A DNA stretch of 64,000 nt from an uncultured Acidobacteriota bacterium (lineage in GTDB: Bacteria; Acidobacteriota; Thermoanaerobaculia; Multivoradales; UBA5704): contig CAVYRF010000002.1 of NCBI GenBank assembly GCA_963770895.1, positions 4,800,001 to 4,864,000 on the forward strand, in the 5' to 3' direction. The translations under genes and the position numbers were made by a program. A model generated the notes under the pieces. The model saw only the letters and a program-made list of their open reading frames with translations, was not told where the DNA came from and ran no database searches. Shown piece after piece: positions 61,636-64,000 of the stretch (positions are counted from its first letter, which is position 1; the number at the start of each line of letters is the position of its first letter).

Positions 61636-63620
61636 CCGGGGCGCCGCGCCTGGCCGCCGCCGCCGGCCCCGGCCGCGGACGGCAGAGCGGGGCGGTGTCG
61701 GCGTCGGCGGGGATCGTGCGGCGCGAAACGCTGGCCGCCGAACCTGTGGTGACGGTGGCCGAGCCGCCGACGGGAATCGGCGAGTGGCTGAGCTGGGCGG
61801 TCCTGGCGTCGCTGCTGTTCGCGGTGCTGGTCGCGGCGGCGCTGTTCGATCGCACCGGCCGCCCGTCGCTGATCGGCGACGAGGCGACCTATGCGATGCA
61901 GGCAGCCAGCCTGGCGTGGGATTTCGACCTGAAGTACACCCGCGCCGACTACGATCGTTTTGTCGCGCAGTGGGGAGGGCCGCCCGACGGGGTGATCCTG
62001 CAGAGCAACGACGGCGGCGCGCACATCACCTACGGCAAGCCGTTCCTGTACGCCCTGGTGGTGGCGCCCTTCGTGCGGGTCGCGCCGGTGCGCGGCCCGG
62101 TGGTGGCCAACGCGCTGATGCTGGCGGCGGCCGCCCTGCTGGTGGCGCACGCCCTGCGGCAGGTGGCGGGGGCGCTGGCGCCGCTCGCGGTGGCGGTGCT
62201 GATCTTCGCCTCGGTTTCGTTTGCCTACGTGTTCTGGGTCCACGCCGACCTGTTCCTGTTCGCCGCCACCGCCGCCGGCTTCGCCCTGGCCTATGGGCGG
62301 CCGCCGGCGGTCGCGGTCTACGGCGCGGAGGGGCGCCGCTGGATGGTGCGCTGGTTCCTGGCCGGCCTGCTGCTGGCGGTGCCGGGTGCGTACCGCCCGT
62401 TCTACCTGGCGCTGCTGCTGCCGGCGGCGCTGGCGGTGCCGGCGGGAAGGCGGCTGCGCGGTCTGGGCGCGCTCGCCGCCGGCGCCCTGGCGCTGCTGCT
62501 GGTGACCGCCGTGGTGCAGCGCGCCTCCGGCGGCGGGTGGAGCGGCTACAGCGGCGAGCGGCTGGGCTTCTATCCGCGCACCGGCTACCCGGAGGTCGAT
62601 TTCCCAGCCTCCGAATGGGAGACCCGGCTGCGCCGGTGGGGCAACAACTCGTGGGTGCAGGAGGGGGCGTTCGACCCCAGCCGCAGCCCGCGGCTGTGGG
62701 CCTGGAACGGGCTCTACTTCCTGCTCGGCCGCGACATCGGCGTGCTGCCGTACTTCCTGCCGCTGCTGCTGGGTATCTTTGCCTTTCGCGGCGAGCGCGG
62801 GCGATGGCTGCTGCCGCTGGCGGTGGTGGTCGCCGCCGCCGGTTTTCTGCTGGTGCGGCCGTTCAACTTCTACGGCGGCGGCGGCGCCATCGGCAACCGG
62901 TATTTTCTGCCGCTCTATCCGGCGCTCTGGTTCCTGATCGCGCGGCCGCTGCGCGCCATCCACCTGGCGCTGGTGACGGCGCTGGCGGCGCCGTTCCTGC
63001 TGCCGCTGTGGCGCCAGCCGACGGCGTTCCCGATCGGCGAAGACGGGCGCTACAACCACGTGTCGTCGCTGGCGCAGCGCCTGCTGCCCTATGAAACGAC
63101 CCAGGCCACCATTCCAGGCGGCCAGGACGCCGTCCGCCACGGCCTGTGGGTGAAGCTGCTGGACCACGACGTCTGGTGGTCGTCCGCCGGCTCCGGGCTG
63201 CGGCCGCCGGTGCGCCCCGGCGGCCCCGACCAGCCGTCGCCGCCGGAGTCGACGACGCTGCGCATGGTCGGCAGCGCCGAAGCCCACCTGCTGGTCGGCA
63301 CCCCCAAGCCGTTGAAGTTCCTGGCGGTCGAGCTGGACCGCCACGCGCCGGCGCGCATCGACGTCGACGGCCGCGAGCTGCGCCCGAGCGTCCTGCGCCC
63401 CGACGGCTGGGAGGTCTTCGAGGTGCCGATGCTGCGGCCGCGCGCGGTCCACCCGATGTGGTGGACGCACGACGACTACTACCTGTATCGGATCAACGTG
63501 CGCCTGGTGGGCGGCAAGCCCGTGCCGGTCGGCCTCGATCTCAGCCTGGGCGAGGACCCCGAGCACTTCGACGAAGACCTGGATCCCGACCCCGGCACGC
63601 GGGACCTCACCCCCTCATGA
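61617..63620 (+). CDS. polytopic membrane protein, GT-C glycosyltransferase-like
   Basis: GDEATY after TM1, about 11-13 TM segments, GNRYFLPLYP; start uncertain (61617 or 61696). Confidence 0.7.
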   Translation: MGTGPVAGAPRLAAAAGPGRGRQSGAVSASAGIVRRETLAAEPVVTVAEPPTGIGEWLSWAVLASLLFAVLVAAALFDRTGRPSLIGDEATYAMQAASLAWDFDLKYTRADYDRFVAQWGGPPDGVILQSNDGGAHITYGKPFLYALVVAPFVRVAPVRGPVVANALMLAAAALLVAHALRQVAGALAPLAVAVLIFASVSFAYVFWVHADLFLFAATAAGFALAYGRPPAVAVYGAEGRRWMVRWFLAGLLLAVPGAYRPFYLALLLPAALAVPAGRRLRGLGALAAGALALLLVTAVVQRASGGGWSGYSGERLGFYPRTGYPEVDFPASEWETRLRRWGNNSWVQEGAFDPSRSPRLWAWNGLYFLLGRDIGVLPYFLPLLLGIFAFRGERGRWLLPLAVVVAAAGFLLVRPFNFYGGGGAIGNRYFLPLYPALWFLIARPLRAIHLALVTALAAPFLLPLWRQPTAFPIGEDGRYNHVSSLAQRLLPYETTQATIPGGQDAVRHGLWVKLLDHDVWWSSAGSGLRPPVRPGGPDQPSPPESTTLRMVGSAEAHLLVGTPKPLKFLAVELDRHAPARIDVDGRELRPSVLRPDGWEVFEVPMLRPRAVHPMWWTHDDYYLYRINVRLVGGKPVPVGLDLSLGEDPEHFDEDLDPDPGTRDLTPS

Positions 63621-64000
63621 CCCTGCCGGGCGAGCCGCAGCAGCCCAACAGCTGGATTCTGGAGGTGCGCGGCCGGCTCGCCACGCCGCCGCCGCGCCGC
63701 CTGGCGGCCAACGACCTGCGCCCGGCGTCGGTCCTGGTGCCGCTCTTCGTCGACGGCCAGGAGCTGTGGACGGTGCTCACCCGCCGCACCGCGACGCTGA
63801 CCGCCCACCCCAACCAGATCGCCTTCCCCGGCGGCAGCCGCGAGCCGGGCGAGGACCCCTGGATGGCAGCGCTGCGCGAGGCGCGCGAAGAGGTCGCGAT
63901 CGATCCGGCGCACGTCCTGCGCCTGGGGGAGCTGGACGAGCAGGACGTGCCCAGCGGGTTTCGCATCGTCCCCTGCGTCGGCGCCATCCCGCGCGCCTAC
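63617..64000 (+). CDS. Nudix CoA pyrophosphatase (3' end off window)
   Basis: ASVLVPL, LTRR...HPNQIAFPGG.RE.GE...AALREAREEV Nudix box. Confidence 0.9.
   Translation, partial: MTLPGEPQQPNSWILEVRGRLATPPPRRLAANDLRPASVLVPLFVDGQELWTVLTRRTATLTAHPNQIAFPGGSREPGEDPWMAALREAREEVAIDPAHVLRLGELDEQDVPSGFRIVPCVGAIPRAY

Overview
This is a very GC-rich bacterial chromosomal segment. An ADOP-type duplicated orphan permease and signal-peptide DinB proteins suggest Acidobacteriota, possibly Thermoanaerobaculia; this is an inference. Housekeeping blocks are two acyl-CoA dehydrogenases-rmuC-DNA methylase, M23-yefM/yoeB-secA-guaB, pntA/A/B, treZ-debranching enzyme, and nfeD-SPFH-SPOR-lnt-prfB (with its +1 frameshift)-GT4-GT-C-like-Nudix. 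They flank accessory regions. The top observation is three Cys/Ser/Thr-rich RiPP (class I lanthipeptide-like) precursor genes at 37.5-39.9 kb with LxLx[K/R]x5[L/M] leaders. One is absent from the ORF track, two are recent duplicates, and there is no dehydratase, cyclase or radical SAM enzyme in the window. Other points of interest: a tandem pair of unknown ~105-110 aa beta-rich paralogs next to a FAAL/ACP/acyltransferase module; a metzincin with Glu at the third zinc-ligand position; a Cache-HAMP-pseudocyclase-kinase signalling cassette; a MOSC-BtuF fusion; a secreted His/Arg peptide; two apparent internally deleted gene remnants; and many in-frame low-complexity insertions. No rRNA, tRNA, CRISPR array, integrase or transposase was recognised. 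All assignments come from motif recognition without database searches.
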